Below, one piece after another: positions 13,234 to 26,950 of a stretch of 64,000 nt of DNA. The DNA is from Lama glama. Lineage: Eukaryota. Position 1 is the stretch's first letter, and every line of letters starts with the position of its first letter. The notes below the pieces were generated by a model. That model was not told the origin of the DNA. It saw nothing but the letters and a program-made list of their open reading frames with translations, and did no database searches. The position numbers and the translations under genes are program-made. Location: positions 28,770,001-28,834,000 of the forward strand of contig CM052816.1 of NCBI GenBank assembly GCA_028534125.1. Reading direction: 5' to 3'.

Positions 13234-13845
13234 TGTGGTAGGCAACCTTCAAAGATTCCCAGGCCCTGATCCTTACAAAATGTGAATAAATTACATTACA
13301 TGGAAAAAGGGATTTTGCTCATGAAATTAAGATTACTTAATAGGTTTAAAACACAGAGATTACTCAGGATTTTCCAGGTGGACCTAAACTAATCACATGG
13401 GCCCTTAATAGCAATGACATTTATCTGGTTGGTACCAATAATATGTGGCAGAATAGGATGTTAGAAGGATTCCAAGGATGAGAGGAAGCTGACGTGCAGT
13501 TACTGGTATACAGAGCCCACGTGCAATGATGAGAGAGATACTTCTGGGAGCTAAGGACCACTCTCAGCCGACAGCCCACAAGGAAGTACGGATTACAGTC
13601 CACCAACTGCAAGCAACTGAATTCTGCCAACAATGTGAGTGAGCTTGGAGGTAAATTTTGCCCCACAGCCACTAAATAACTGACTGGCTATTGCCTTGAC
13701 TTTGGCCTTTTAAGACCCAGATCAGAGAAAACACCTAAGCCCACTCAGACTCCTGACCTACAGAATTGTGAGACAATAAATGTGCATTGTTTTTAATCAC
13801 TAAGTTTGTGATAATTTGTGATAGCAGCAATTGAAAGCTAATATA
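13234..13845 (+). mobile_element. MLT1E-like MaLR solo LTR
   Basis: tgtggtaggc start; aactgaattctgccaacaa; ctcctgacctacagaattgtgagacaataaa; gcagcaattgaaagctaatata end. Confidence 0.9.
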
Positions 13846-14543
13846 ATGATAAAACAATAAAGTATAGGAATTCAGGAGGACCACTGAGTTCTAAAAGCTA
13901 AAGTTCACCAGATTTAGAACTACTTAATTTTATGAAAACCAGATGAGAGAGAACAAATCCTATACAAAAGTGGATAGAGAAACACTTCTGGAGTTTTAAA
14001 ATGAAAACATAATATTGTGAATTATGAGGTTTTTAATTTACAGTCTAGAGCAACACTGGAAAGTTGAAGTTAGTATATTCTTACTATTTCTTAATTATTT
14101 TTCACCAATTTTCCAGTGGTCCCTGCAAAATATGCCTTGCTGCCTATTACATATTTCTGATAATCTAAACTAGTAAGTGAAAGGCTGTGTATTTTTGCTT
14201 CATCAAATGAAATACCAGTGAAAAGTAGAAAGTAAATTTATTTCTGATATGAAATTCAAAAGGAAACAATTAAAAAAACCAGCCACTATTATAAATTTCT
14301 TTTTCAGTTTACAAATTTTGAGATGTAGGATAATTATTCTGAAATTGTAAAACAAATTAAAGTGCTTAAAGAAAAATGAATATGAGTATATAAATTAACA
14401 GACCCAAGGAATAATAAAATTATCCAAATGCTACCATTTAATAACTGTATCACTTAATTCAAGAAGTTGCAAAACGTTTTTTTCCTATCTCTTTATAGAC
14501 TTAGCTAAACACTATGATTTAAATATGCACTGTTCACCCCCAT

Positions 14544-15126
14544 GACACCTGCACCCCAATGTTCATGGCAGCACTATTTACAATAGCCAAAACATGGAAA
14601 CAGCCTAAATGTCCATCAACAGGTGACTGGATAAGGAAGAGGTGGTATATTTATACAATGGAATACTACTCAGCCATAAAAACCGACAACATAATGCCAT
14701 TTGCAGCAACATGGACGCTCTTGGAGAATGTCATTCTAAGTGAAGTAACCCAGAAAGAGAAAGAAAAATACCATATGAGATCGCTCATATGTGGAATCTA
14801 AAAAACAAAACCAAAAACAAACAAACAAACAAACAAAAACAAAGTGTAAATACAGGACAGAAATAGACGCATAGACAGAGAATACAGACTTGTGGTTGCC
14901 AGGGGGGCGGAGGGTGGGAAGGGATAGACTGGGATTTCAAAATTGTAAAATAGATAAACAAGATTATACTATATAGCACAGGGAAATATACACAAAATGT
15001 TATGGTAGCTCACAGAGAAAAAAATGTGACAATGAGTGTGTATATGTCCACGTATGACTGAAAAATTGTGCTAAACACTGGAACTTGACACAACACTGTA
15101 AAATGATTATAAATCAATAAAAATGT

Positions 15127-15158
<32 letters not shown>

Positions 15159-15160
15159 GA
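14544..15160 (+). mobile_element. Young 5'-truncated lineage-specific L1 (camelid L1-1_Vpa-like) with intact ORF2 C-terminus, 3' UTR and A-rich tail
   Basis: ORF 14559-14801 [20 protein letters not shown]...YYSAIK...SLICGI* is the L1 ORF2 C-terminus; AATAAA near 15116 then an A/AAAC tail. Confidence 0.92.
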
Positions 15161-16069
15161 AGTATGTTCAATATGCCTGAACCAAACATTTAAAATGCAT
15201 TGTGAAAAGTACAAATTAGCAACAGCCAAGGACAAAGCCCAAGAATGTAGGGTTACTTTCAAAATAGGGTCCATGCACAGGAGGACAATGATTTTAAACT
15301 ACAAAATGATGATGGAGAGATGATACTCTTTAACAGTCTCTAATAATTTGATCATTTTTTCTAAAGACCTACCAGTATGCTGAACCTCTGCATATCAGTT
15401 GGGTGAAGTATGCATTCTATTTGTTTCCAATCTTGTCTTACACTTTTCTGTCAGGGCAGTTTAGGAGTGTGTATCAGAGCAGACAATAACAGAGTCTTGT
15501 CTTTTTTTTCTCTCTCTCTTAAAGTCAAGGATCTGAGGGCACAACTTTGACAAATACAGTTGGCAATTACCTCCAACAAGTTCAGTCTTAGGAGGAATAC
15601 TAATGAATTAAGGAGTTCAGTGGTTTATTCAAGTAGTATTTAACACAAGGTGATATTGACTGGAGATGATCTGACATTACCTGGTAGCTAAAACATAATA
15701 TTACTGGAATGAAAACACATTGAAGTAAATATATTTTAGGTAAAAGATTTGCCAAAATACTTAAATACTAATATAAATAATATATTAATTTCCTTCTTAG
15801 ATGATAACTTATTCATCATTTTATCACTGGCACTGAAACTTAATACCCAGTGCATATGAGATGATTGACACATGACTGTTGTATAAATGAATGAATGGAT
15901 TGCTAGAGCCCTCTGTGTATTTTTGGAAATAAATTCTCTGAGTAACAGCCATAAACAGAAAATACTATGCTGAAAAGGTCTTCCACACTGTTGAGTTTTG
16001 GACCTACAACTGGAAAATGAGCCAGAACTGAGAAGAAAAAGAACAAAGGAAAGAAGACCAACAGGAGCA

Positions 16070-16324
16070 GTATATGACAAGGTCAAAGGGTATCTGCTGG
16101 ATGTCAGGGATCTGATTTTCATTTCCTTCTCCAACACTTACTGTTTGGTGATCTTGGGCAACTGATTTAGCTCCTCAAGATTTATTTTCCTCATCTGTAA
16201 ATGGTGATAATAAAACTCAATTTATAAGGCTGCTGTGAGGCTTAAATGTCATAATACCAACATTGTCTTGCACTGTGTCTAACATATAAGGAGTCCAGAA
16301 CAAATAGTGATTATTATTATTATG
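16070..16324 (+). mobile_element. MIR SINE
   Basis: gtgatcttgggcaa...ttttcctcatctgtaaatggtgataataa...tgtgagg...ttattattattat. Confidence 0.9.
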
Positions 16325-16996
16325 AATATTTTGAACTAAAGTAGCAAGAATAGTTTTTAACTTCTTTATTTTTAGAATGAATATCAGGAAACAATCTTTC
16401 ATTTCTTTTCCTGGTTAAGCAGAATTCATGAGCTTCTCTTGGATCCTCACTGATTTTCATTATGTCTCACTACTACAAGATGAAACCAACCATCACTGAC
16501 TGCATTATGATTAACTCTGCTAGTTTGTCATTTTCAAACAGTGAAGGATGACATGGCAATGATATCCCTTAATTAGTTAAACATTTCTCGTTTATAAACT
16601 GGAAAGGATATTATATCTCAATGAATTTAAATGTGTTCTGATTCAATGAAGCTAATTCTCTTGTTCATGGACGTGGGCTATTTAAAACTGCATTTGGTAG
16701 TGGGTTATCAGGTCAGGGAGAATTACCACTTTTCTCAAGGCAAACCAAGCAGCTCTATAAAAAGGTTGTGTCTGTTATCGATGGTCCGAATGACTTAGTC
16801 AATGGCAAAGTAAAAGAGGGTCACGATCCATAGTGAAAATTAGGGAAATCTCACCAAGATTAAAATAAATTGTGCTATGAGCTTTCACTCTATTTCCCAC
16901 CACACTTTTATCTCCAGGAGTACTAGAATGGTTTAAACAGAATTTCAGTGCTCTATTGCTATAAAATTCTGCCTTATAGTAGTCTAAAATCTGCTA

Positions 16997-17030
16997 TCAC
17001 AGAACATCTGCCTTCACAGAACATCTGCCT
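16997..17030. repeat. Perfect 17-bp tandem duplication
   Basis: tcacagaacatctgcct x2. Confidence 0.9.
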
Positions 17031-17119
17031 TAGACTACAAATACTGAAGGAAATATTTTATCTACAAAATCTGAATCATTTTATTCACTCTAACTTGTAA
17101 GATGTGTTATCATCTTACA

Positions 17120-17169
17120 TCTATATATATGCATATCATCTCTATATATGCATATACATATAAATCTAT

Positions 17170-17210
<41 letters not shown>

Positions 17211-17230
17211 CTATATATATACACATATAC
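17120..17230. repeat. (TA)n microsatellite with degenerate flanks
   Basis: Pure AT run about 17173-17205. Confidence 0.95.
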
Positions 17231-20085
17231 ACCATCAGATGTTTCCAATGTGGAAGAAGGTGGAAAAAGTATGGCACTTGAGAAGTCAGTCCATGTGGAT
17301 ACATATTTTCCACCTAAACATGGTGATAACTTCCCAGACACAGAATTCAATAGCTAATTCATTAAGAGAAAATAAAGTAGTTTAGAAAGGAGCATTTTTA
17401 AAAGTGTTAAATATACTGTCAAAATAAAGAATGGTTTTCCTTTTATTTACACTGTTTACCAAAATGGAATACAGCTGAATGAAATAGTTCCTTGACTAGC
17501 TAGAAACACTGATTAAACACAACATCACTCTAAAGCTGAGTTTTCCATGAATTTATCAGGTCCTGATGTGAAGGTTCCAGATTTCGTCTATATGTAGCTT
17601 TTGTTTGCTGGAGTTAATTTCTATACCAAAATAGATAAAACTAAAAGGAATAAATGACCGTGATGCTGTTTGACTCATTATTTATAAGAAATCTGCATTG
17701 TTTCCAGAATTTTATTGTCTCTAAAAATGTAACATTGAAATATTAGAAGCCTTTTGATTCAAATATCTTATGTGATGGTATTCCAATGAGCTTGCAAGGA
17801 AAATGGAAAGTCGTAATTCTTAATTTTTAATTGTGCATTAAAAATTGTCTCCTTTTAACTATTCCCCAGCTTGTCTGCTTGCTTTATTACATCTTCTTTC
17901 CTTAGATTTTTTCATATTTTTTTCCTGTCTTCTTTCCCTCTTCCCTCCTCCTCTCCCTCTCTCATCTCTCTCCCTTTGCTTAAACTGATCAAACACAAGC
18001 TTTGATTGGGGGATTTATGTCTTGTAGCATGATAGAGCAGGATTCCTAATATTCTGACTTCTTAAAAGATTATGAGTTTTTATGTAAATCTACCTTATCT
18101 CATTGAACTTAGTTTTCTGTAAAAATACAATAATTATTTATTACTTGAAAAAAAAAGTGTATACTAGGTCTATTTAGAACCTACATCAAGTATTTAAACG
18201 ACTATTTATTTGTGACTATAATCTTTTTTTTGCCCATTCATTAGGCAAAAACCTCAAAATACTAGTAAGTCAAACTGCCCCTACGAAAAAGTACTAATCA
18301 GTCATAAAAACGCATTAATCTATGCGGTTTTCTCAAAATGGGAAACAAAGTAATACTTTTCAGATTACTTAATGCTTAGACAATAGCATAATATAAAAAT
18401 TCAAATTCAATCAGTACTCATAAAAATGATAGAAAGTTTGTTGGAGAGTGTTAAAGTTACACATAAATCAAGACATTTGGGGGAAAATGTACTATAAAAT
18501 GATAAATTTTAATAAGTGAAGCAATACAACTGGTGTAAAAATACATAAAAATTGATAGCTAATCTGAACCTCAAGGTCATGGGCATAACTTGTCATCGTC
18601 CTTTTCATGCATCACGTATCTGATCCCATTGAATACAACAGCTCAGATAACTGTTTAATCAGCCCAGCAGGGTTCTGATTTGGGTATTAAGGGTGTATAG
18701 AGTTGTTAGGGTTTTATCAAGTTAGATAATTACTTGAAAGTGCATTAGAACAACCCATGAATTTATTCATCATGTTGGCTGCATTATCAGCGTCTGTACT
18801 CAGTTTCTCTGGCCTCCATTACATAGAGATTGAAACTTTGTTTTTCCATCACAAAGTTACTTAAATGAATATATATTCTTCTTTGTAACTTCATCTCTTT
18901 AGGATAGAAATGTGTTTTTCTGAAGCTTGTGATGAGAACAAAATCAGGAATTCCAGTAAAGCACTAGCATTTAGTAAGCATATTTTTAAGGAATTTAATC
19001 TTGAATTAAGGTGTAATTTATCCAGAATTTATTGAGAGACTTAGACAAAGTTGAAAGACAAAGGTAATGACCTCAGAAATAAGTTGCAATGCACAGACTT
19101 TGATTTATAGAGACTATATGTGATATTATTTTGGTATGTATTGTAAGAAAGAAATGACTTATTAAAAGGCTGTAGAAGAGGTTTCATCTGTCAGGACAAT
19201 GAGGGCTAACTGTGCCTCTGATTTTGTGTGTTGCAGCAACATGTCTCTTCACTGCTTATTTGAATCTTCTAAACTGTTCCTCTTTGTCAGTAATAATGTA
19301 ATCACATTCACAGAAATTGATTACTTAAGGATCATTATAAAGAGAATTTGGGAAGGGACCGACATGTTTAAAAGGTCTTAACTATTAATTGGGTATTTGA
19401 GGCTTTTCTAACGGAGCCCCGAAGACCATTTGTATCCACATAAACAATATCCACTGTCAAATGATACCCAGGCTTCTTACAAAGAACAAGCCGGGACTAA
19501 CAGACAGTATTTGTCATAAATGTAAGTTCTTAGGGATGTGTTGTCTATTCTTTAAATGCCTGGTAAATAAATTACAGAGGTTTTATTTACATTTAAAAGG
19601 TATTAAAACACCAGTTTCTCAACCTTCATACCGCATTCAGCAGCTGGGTGCACCTACTCATCTCCTCTAGTGAGCAACCTTCAGTATACTTTGCTACCTT
19701 CCTGCTTCCAGGTACCCATCACCTGAGAATGACATAGGACAAGTCTTTAACCTCGGGATGTTGCTGCTGCTGGTGGCTGAGATCTTCCACTCAGCAGTCT
19801 CTGTCTTAGCCTCATTCTGTGCTGCTGGTTTTAAATTCCATTTCTTTCAGTGTGAAAGATCACTTCACTATGACTCTCTTCAAATAAACCCTCCCATTAA
19901 GCAATGGTTTCCTTGCCTTTTTCCTATCTAACTGCATGACGCTTCATGCTCAAGCTTTCTTAGGAAAATTACTTGATAACAATAAAAGACAGAACTGGAT
20001 CTGTTAACTGTATAAGTTGAAGATTGTAAGTGAGATAACCAAGAAAAGTGCATATTATCCCTGTTAAAATCTTCATAGAGCAAAT

Positions 20086-23000
20086 ATTTTTTTCAGATTT
20101 ACTGAGTTACAGTTGACAAATAAAACTATAAGATATTTAAAAGATTCCCACAATTGAGTTAACATATCTATCACATCACATACTTTTTTGTGTGTGATTA
20201 CATTTAAGTTTGAATCTCTTAGCAAATAGCAATTATACAATATTTACAACTATAGTCACCATGTTACATATTGGATACTCAGACCTTACTCATATAACTG
20301 AAAGTCTGCACCCTTTTACCAACCTCTCCCCACATCCCCCATAGCCCGTCAAATGCCATTCGAATCCTTGTTTCTATGAGTGCAAGTGCAATTTTTTTGG
20401 TTTTGTTTTGTTTTGTTTTAGATTCCGTATATAAATGACACCACACAGTATCTGTCTTTCTCTGTATGGCATATTTCACTTATAATGCCCTCAAGATTCA
20501 TTTATGTTATCACAAATGGAAGGATCTCCTTTTTCACAGCTGAATAATATTCCATTGTATTTATATACCACACTTCATCCATTGATCTTTTGGTGACATT
20601 TTCGTTGTCTCCATGTCTTGGCTACTGCGACTAATGCTGCAGCAAACATGGGAATGCAGATATCTCTTCAAAATTATGATTTCATTTACTTTGAATATAT
20701 ACCCAGAAGTGGGATTGGTGGGTTATATGGTACTGCTAATTTAATTTCTTGAGGAACCTGTCAACCGTTTACTATAGTGGCTGCACCGATTTACATTCTC
20801 ACCTATAGTGCACCAAAGTTTCCTTTTGTCCACATACTCATCAGTATTTGTTCTCTTGTCCTTTTGATAATAGATATTTTAACAAATGTGAGGTGATATC
20901 TCATTGTGGTTTTGATTTGCATTTCCCTGATGATTAGTGATGTTGAGCACCTATTCATGTGTCTGTTGGTGATTTCTATGTCTTCTTTGGAAAAATGTCT
21001 AGTTAGGTCTTTTGCCCATTTATTAATTGGGTTTATTTTTGAGTTTTTATTTTTTTGCTATTGAGTTATGTAAGTTTCTCATATATTTCAGATATTAAAT
21101 TCTTATCAGATAGATGATCTGCAAATATTTTCTCCCATTCTGTAGGTTGACTTTCCATTTTGCTCACTGTTTCTTTGCTGTGCAGAAGATTTTTACTTAA
21201 GGTAGCCCCAATTGTTGACTTTTGCTCTTGTTTTCTGTGCCTTTGGTGTAATTTAAAAAATCACTGCCAAGACTGATGTCAAGTAACTTTATTCTATGTT
21301 TTTTAAGGAGTTTTACAGTTTTGTTCTTACATTTACGTTCTTAGCAACTGGAGTTAATTTTTGTGAGTGGTATAAGATATGGGGTCCAATTTCATTCTTT
21401 GCATGTGAATATCAAGTTCTCCTGACAACTTGCACTGAACGCACTATCTTTTCCCCACTGAGTTTTCTTGGCTCCCTTGTAAAATATTAGTTGACCGTGT
21501 ATACATAGGTCTACTTCTAGGTTCTCAGTTCTGTTATATTGGTCTGTCTGTTTTTATGCCAGTACAATACTGTCTAGATTACTACAGCTTCTAAGACAGT
21601 TTGATTTCAGGAAGTATGATGCCTCCAGCTTTGTTCTTTCTAAAGTTTTCTTTGGTTACTTGAGGTCTTTTATGGTTTCATGCAATTTTAAGATAGTTTT
21701 TTCTATTTCTATTAAAAATGCTATTGGAATTTTGATAAGCATTGCATTTAATCTGTAGATTTCATGGATAATATGGATATTTTAAGGACATTAATTCTTC
21801 TGATCCACAAGCATGGGATATTTCCCATTTGCTTAAATTTTCTTCAATTAGTTCCATCAGTCTAGTAGTTATCAATGCAGAGTTTTCACCTTCTTTGTTA
21901 AATTTATTCCAAAGTATCTTATTATTTTTCATTCTATTGTAGATGGAATTATTTTCTTTTTACAGAGTTTGTTGTTAATGTATAGAAATGCAACTGATTA
22001 TTGCATGTTGGTTTTCAATTCTACAACTTAACTAAATTTATTAGTCACAAAAATTTTTGTGGAATATTTAAGGTTTTCTATATATCAAGTGATATCATCT
22101 GCAAGTACTAACAGCTTTATCTCTTCCTTTCTGACTTCAATGTCTTCTGTTTCTTTTTCCTGTCTAATTGTTCAGCCTAAGACTTCCAGCACTAATGAAA
22201 ATTATGAGTGTTGACAGTTGGCAATCCTGTCTTGTTCCTAATCTTAGTGGGAAAGCTTTCTCCCTTTAACTACTGAGTATGATGTTAACATGGCTTATCA
22301 TATATAGACTTTTTTATGTTGAAGTACATTACTTCAACTCCCAATTTGTTGAGAGTTTTTATTAGAAACAGATGCTGAATTTTATCAAATATTTTTCTTC
22401 ACCTACTGAAATGATCATGTGATTTTTATTTTTCACTCTATCACTGTGGTGTATAATATTTATTGATTTGCAGAAGTTGAATCATCGTTGCATTCCAGGA
22501 ATAAATGCCACTTGATGATGGTATATGATGCTTCTAATATGCTGTCAAATATTATTTGCTATTATTTTGTTGAGAATGTTTGCATCAATATTCATCTGGA
22601 TTATTCTTATCTTGTAGTGTCTTTATCTGATTTTGGTATCAGAGTAACACTGGCCTCATAGAATGAGTTTGGGAGTCTGCCCTCTGCAAAGTTTTGGAAG
22701 AATTTGATAAAAAATGACATTAACTCTTCTTTAAATGTTTACTAGAATTCACAGAGAAATCATCTGGTCCGGGGCTTTTATTTGTTGGGAGTTTTGGTTA
22801 CTAATTCAAACTCCTGCTCATTATTTATTTGTTCAGATTTTCTGTTTCTGCATGATATAATCTCAGCAGTTGGTATGTAACTAGGAATTTATTTCTTCTA
22901 AAATACCTAATTTGTTGGTATATAGTTATTCATGGTAGTCTCTCATGATCTGTTGTATTTCTGTGGTATCAGTTGTAATGTCTTCTTTTCATTTATGATT

Positions 23001-24422
23001 ATATTTATTTGAGTCCTATTTTTCTTCTTAGTCTAGTCTGTTTTAAAGGTTTGTCAATTTTATGTATCTTTTACAAACCAGCTCTTAGTTTGATTTTTTT
23101 TCCGATTGTTTTATTTTGTTTATTTCTGTTCTGATCTTCATTATTTTCTTTAAGCTTAGGCTTTTGATTTTTTTTCCTAGCTCCTTCAGGTGTAATTTAG
23201 GTTATATGAGATCTTTCTTTTTTCCTCATGTGGACATTTGCTGCTATGAAATTCCCACTTAATCCACTCTTGCTTTGTTCCATAAGTTTTGGTATGTTGT
23301 TTTTCCATATTTGTTTGTTTCTAGATTTTTTTCTTTGACCGCCAGGTTTTCATGAGTGTGTTGTTTATTTTCCACATAGTTGTTAATTTCATTTCTCTCC
23401 TGTTTCCTCCATTTATAGTTTCATATTCTAGTGGCTGGAAAATATTGTTGGTATAATTTCAATCTTCTTACATTTGCTAAGGATGCTTTATTATTTATCC
23501 TAGACAATGTTCCATGTGTAATTGAGAAGAATATAAATTCTACTTCTGCTGAATGGAATGTTCTGTAATTGTCTCTTAGGTCCATTTAACCTAAGATGTA
23601 GTTTAAATCAATGTTTTCTTATTGATGTTCTATCTGGATTACCTATTCACTGTTGAAAGTGAATTACTGAAGTTTTCTGCTATTACTGTATTGAAATATT
23701 TTCTCCCTTCAGGTATATTAATTTTTTAATATATTTAAGTGTTCCTCTATGCAGAGGGAATAAACATTTACTAGTGCTATATCTTCTTCATGAATTAATT
23801 CCTTTATTATTATACAATGACCATCTTTATCTTCTATTACAGTCATTGACTTCAAGCCCATGTTGTCTGATCTAAGAATAGCTACCACTACTTTTGGTTT
23901 CCATTTGCATGGAATATCTTTTTTCTATCCCTCAGTTTTAGCCTAATGTGCCCTTAAAGCTGGAGTCTCTTTTAGGCATACAGGTTAGTCTCGTTTTTAA
24001 TCAATCCAGCCACTCTGTATCTTTTGATTAGAGAATTTAATCCATTTTGTTAATTGATTTCCAGCAGTTTCATACTTTCCTTGTTCCTCTGTTTCTCTCT
24101 TGCTCTCCTGCTTTGTGGTATCATGATTCTCTGCAATGATACACTTTGATTTTGTTCTCTTTATCTTCTGTGTATCTACTACAACTTTTTGTTTTGTAGT
24201 TATCATGCAACTTATATAAAATTCTTGTAACAGTCTATTTTAAACTTATAACAACTTAACTTTGAACACATATAAATGTCCTACATTCTCTGTACTTTTA
24301 TACTTTCCCATATTTTATGCTTTTGATGTCATAATTTTATATTTTATATTGTATATTCATGAACAAATTATTATAATCATAGTATTTTTAATTCTTCTGT
24401 CTTTTAACCTTTATCCTAGAGT
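20086..24422 (-). mobile_element. L1MA-like LINE-1, about 4.3 kb (degraded ORF2 plus 3' UTR)
   Basis: 3' UTR (ctcttagcaaa...aactatagtcaccatg), continuous antisense ORF2 (gaggtgatatctcattgtggttttgatttgc) through to the endonuclease start near 24040; many stops and frameshifts. Confidence 0.92.
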
Positions 24423-24424
24423 TA

Positions 24425-24600
24425 TCAAATGTCATTTTCTCAGGAAGCCCATGATTATCCACCCTGAACTTTACTTCCCAGTCATCCTCTGTCACAATAC
24501 CCTTCATTTTCTTCATAGCACTTCTCAACATGTGAAACTATCTTGATGATTTTGTTTATGTATTTGTTTATGCACCTTCACCACCAAATGTAAATTTTTC
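24425..24600 (+). mobile_element. L2 fragment
   Basis: aaatgtcattttctcaggaagcc...ttttcttcatagcactt. Confidence 0.65.
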
Positions 24601-24614
24601 TTCTCTAGGAATAT

Positions 24615-24995
24615 TTTATGGCTAGTTATTTTAGGCAATCCTTAATGACTCAATGTTCAGTCCAGGACACTTACATGGGACTCAATTAAAACCAGCTGGA
24701 AACCATATGAAGGACTGTCATGAATTGTGAGATAAAACATCTAAGGACAATGTAAATCTGGAGGAGCCACTGACACTTTCTGTGACCATACGGAGAGAGC
24801 CTGCCTAATACAGCATAAAAAGCCAATAAAAAGGAAGGCAGAACTGAGAGTTAGGCTATGAACCATCATTTAAAGCACAGTTGAAGGCAGTTCCACTCCT
24901 GGATCTCCATTTTGTATGAACCAATTAATTCCTTTTCTAGCTCTAGCTAGTTTGAGTTGCATTCATGTCATCAGTAACAAAATGGAGACTCCATA
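24615..24995 (+). mobile_element. MLT1K/L-like MaLR LTR
   Basis: ggagagagcctgcct...gcagaactgagag...tgaaccaattaattcctttt...agtttgagttg. Confidence 0.6.
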
Positions 24996-25949
24996 AAAAG
25001 TCATTTAAAGGCTGGCTAAAGTAGTGATTAGTCCTAACTGGAAAGGCTGAAATGCCCAGGTGCAGACATAGGCAGGATATTTATTACGGAGGCATAGGCT
25101 CTAATTTTTTTTAATTGTATGCTTCCCAGCAAATTCCACTCCTCCCCACAAATACCAGTTTTTATAAATAGTAGATACATTTACTTATATATTAAGATCT
25201 TAAATGTGAGATTTTCTTTTACCTTACACAAGACAATACAGCATTCATGCAAATTAAGAAAATTGTAAGAAAAATATTCTGCATTAATTAAAAATGTAAA
25301 TGCATATATTTTTAGAAGTTCCCAATTTTCTTTCCTTTTGTAATCTCTTGCAGACAAGTGAGTAAATATCATTTTGTAAGAATATATTAAACTGTAATTT
25401 TCTATTTCATCACATTATCTCTAAGAATTTTTAAAATGTAAATGAAACAAATGCAAGTAAGATACCATATTAATGCATTTTGTTACTTCTGTTAAACTCA
25501 GGTCATACCGTAAATGGAAGAAAAAGGAAAACAGGTCTTGCACATATCTTGAAACACAGAGAGGAATATAATCTATATGTGTCTAGACACAAATAATAAA
25601 AACCATTTGTTTTCCTGGTTTTGTTTAGGTAGGACCAGTAAGGCCCCTGTATATTTCTATTAACAAAGAAGAATTTAATTTATGAACAAGACATTAAGAG
25701 AAAATTTTCTTTTATTTATTAAGAAGGATGCAGAACATCATATTTAAAAAGCCCAAGAATTGAAGAAATATAAAAGTCAGATAAAAGGAGTTTACATTAC
25801 TTCTTATATAGTACTGACCTCCCACAATAACCTAGAGGGACTAAGCAATGACTTCCCAGGAGAAGCAAGAAAGCCTTGGGAACCTGTACATAAAAAGCAA
25901 TTAATATGTTTCTAAATAAAAGTATATCAATGTACCTGCTCCTAGCTGA

Positions 25950-26950
25950 CTTTATGAAGGAGTGGGAATAATTTATTAGGGAGATGACTGTATAGAAAAC
26001 ACCAGTAGGAATGTACCACTTTATACTTCTCCCAAAGCCCCGGGAAAAAGGAGACAGGGAAGGGGTGGAAGAGAATGCAATCAATAAAATGTTTTTTACT
26101 AAATGTGTTATCCTTGTGGATAACTGGATCTTAACATTCCTAGAGAAATATGGAAGCCACTGCAGAGCACCTCAGAGTCATCCCATTGTCAACTAAAAAT
26201 GCAGAACCTAAAATTTGAGAGTTGTGTTTTATTTGGTGAACTCTCTTGAGGACGCGAACCCAGAGGGCAGCCTCTCAGATCACTCTAAGAAACTGTTCCA
26301 AAGAGGCAGAGGAGCCAGGATATATAGGAGTTTTGCCACAAAGACCAGTATTGAAACATAAAATGTTTACTGTTAATTAAAGAAAATCAGTTATCTCAAG
26401 TTAAGGAATTTGTTAGCACTTTTCTGTGTATAGGATGGTGCAAAGGTCTGGGCTTACTGAAATCGTTCCTTTGATATGCACCTAGCAGCCTGGGCCCAGT
26501 ATGCTGTTCTTTGACATCCTAAGTTCCCTTGAGGGCACCATTGGTGGTGGCAGCAGAGGTCAGGCTGCCTGCTTGTCTGCAGCCTGAGTTCCCTCGCTCA
26601 CTGCCAGCTGTGGCGGTAGCAGCGGATGACTTGATGGCCACAGAATCTTTTGTTTACTGATATGGCTGGCAATAATTCTCATCCACAACACCCAAATGGC
26701 AAGGAAGCTAGGGCATTTATATACCAACTCCAGTTATTGGATGGGGGATGCTGTGGATGGTGAGGGAAAGGTAGTAATTTCCTGGCACTTTGGGATGGCC
26801 CTGCATGTAAGCTCCTTCATGCAGAGGTATGCAGGTGTTAGTAGCTGGAGTCAGGCTGGAGTGCAATGAGACAGTAAAGGTTAGGGCATATAGGTAAACA
26901 TTAAGATCATTTACTCCATGTCCTCTGCCCAACCAGGGTGGTGATGGGGG
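25950..26950 (-). mobile_element. LTR33-like ERVL LTR split by a MER41-like LTR
   Basis: gcacctcagagtcatccca | cccaaatggcaaggaagctagggcatttatataccaactcc rejoin into the recalled LTR33 sequence. Confidence 0.7.
26187..26687 (-). mobile_element. MER41-like solo LTR, copy 2
   Basis: tgtcaact...atccaca; shares ttactgttaattaaagaaaa and gggcttactgaaatc.ttcctttgatatgcacc with copy 1. Confidence 0.85.

Noticed and set aside
17090..17385. Four ORFs with (YI)n runs
   Set aside because: Artefact of the stop-free (TA)n repeat
8141..26687. Two same-orientation MER41-like LTRs read as the ends of an 18-kb provirus
   Set aside because: No gag/pol/env between them, the interior holds far older L2/MIR/MLT1, and each LTR has its own TSD-like flanks
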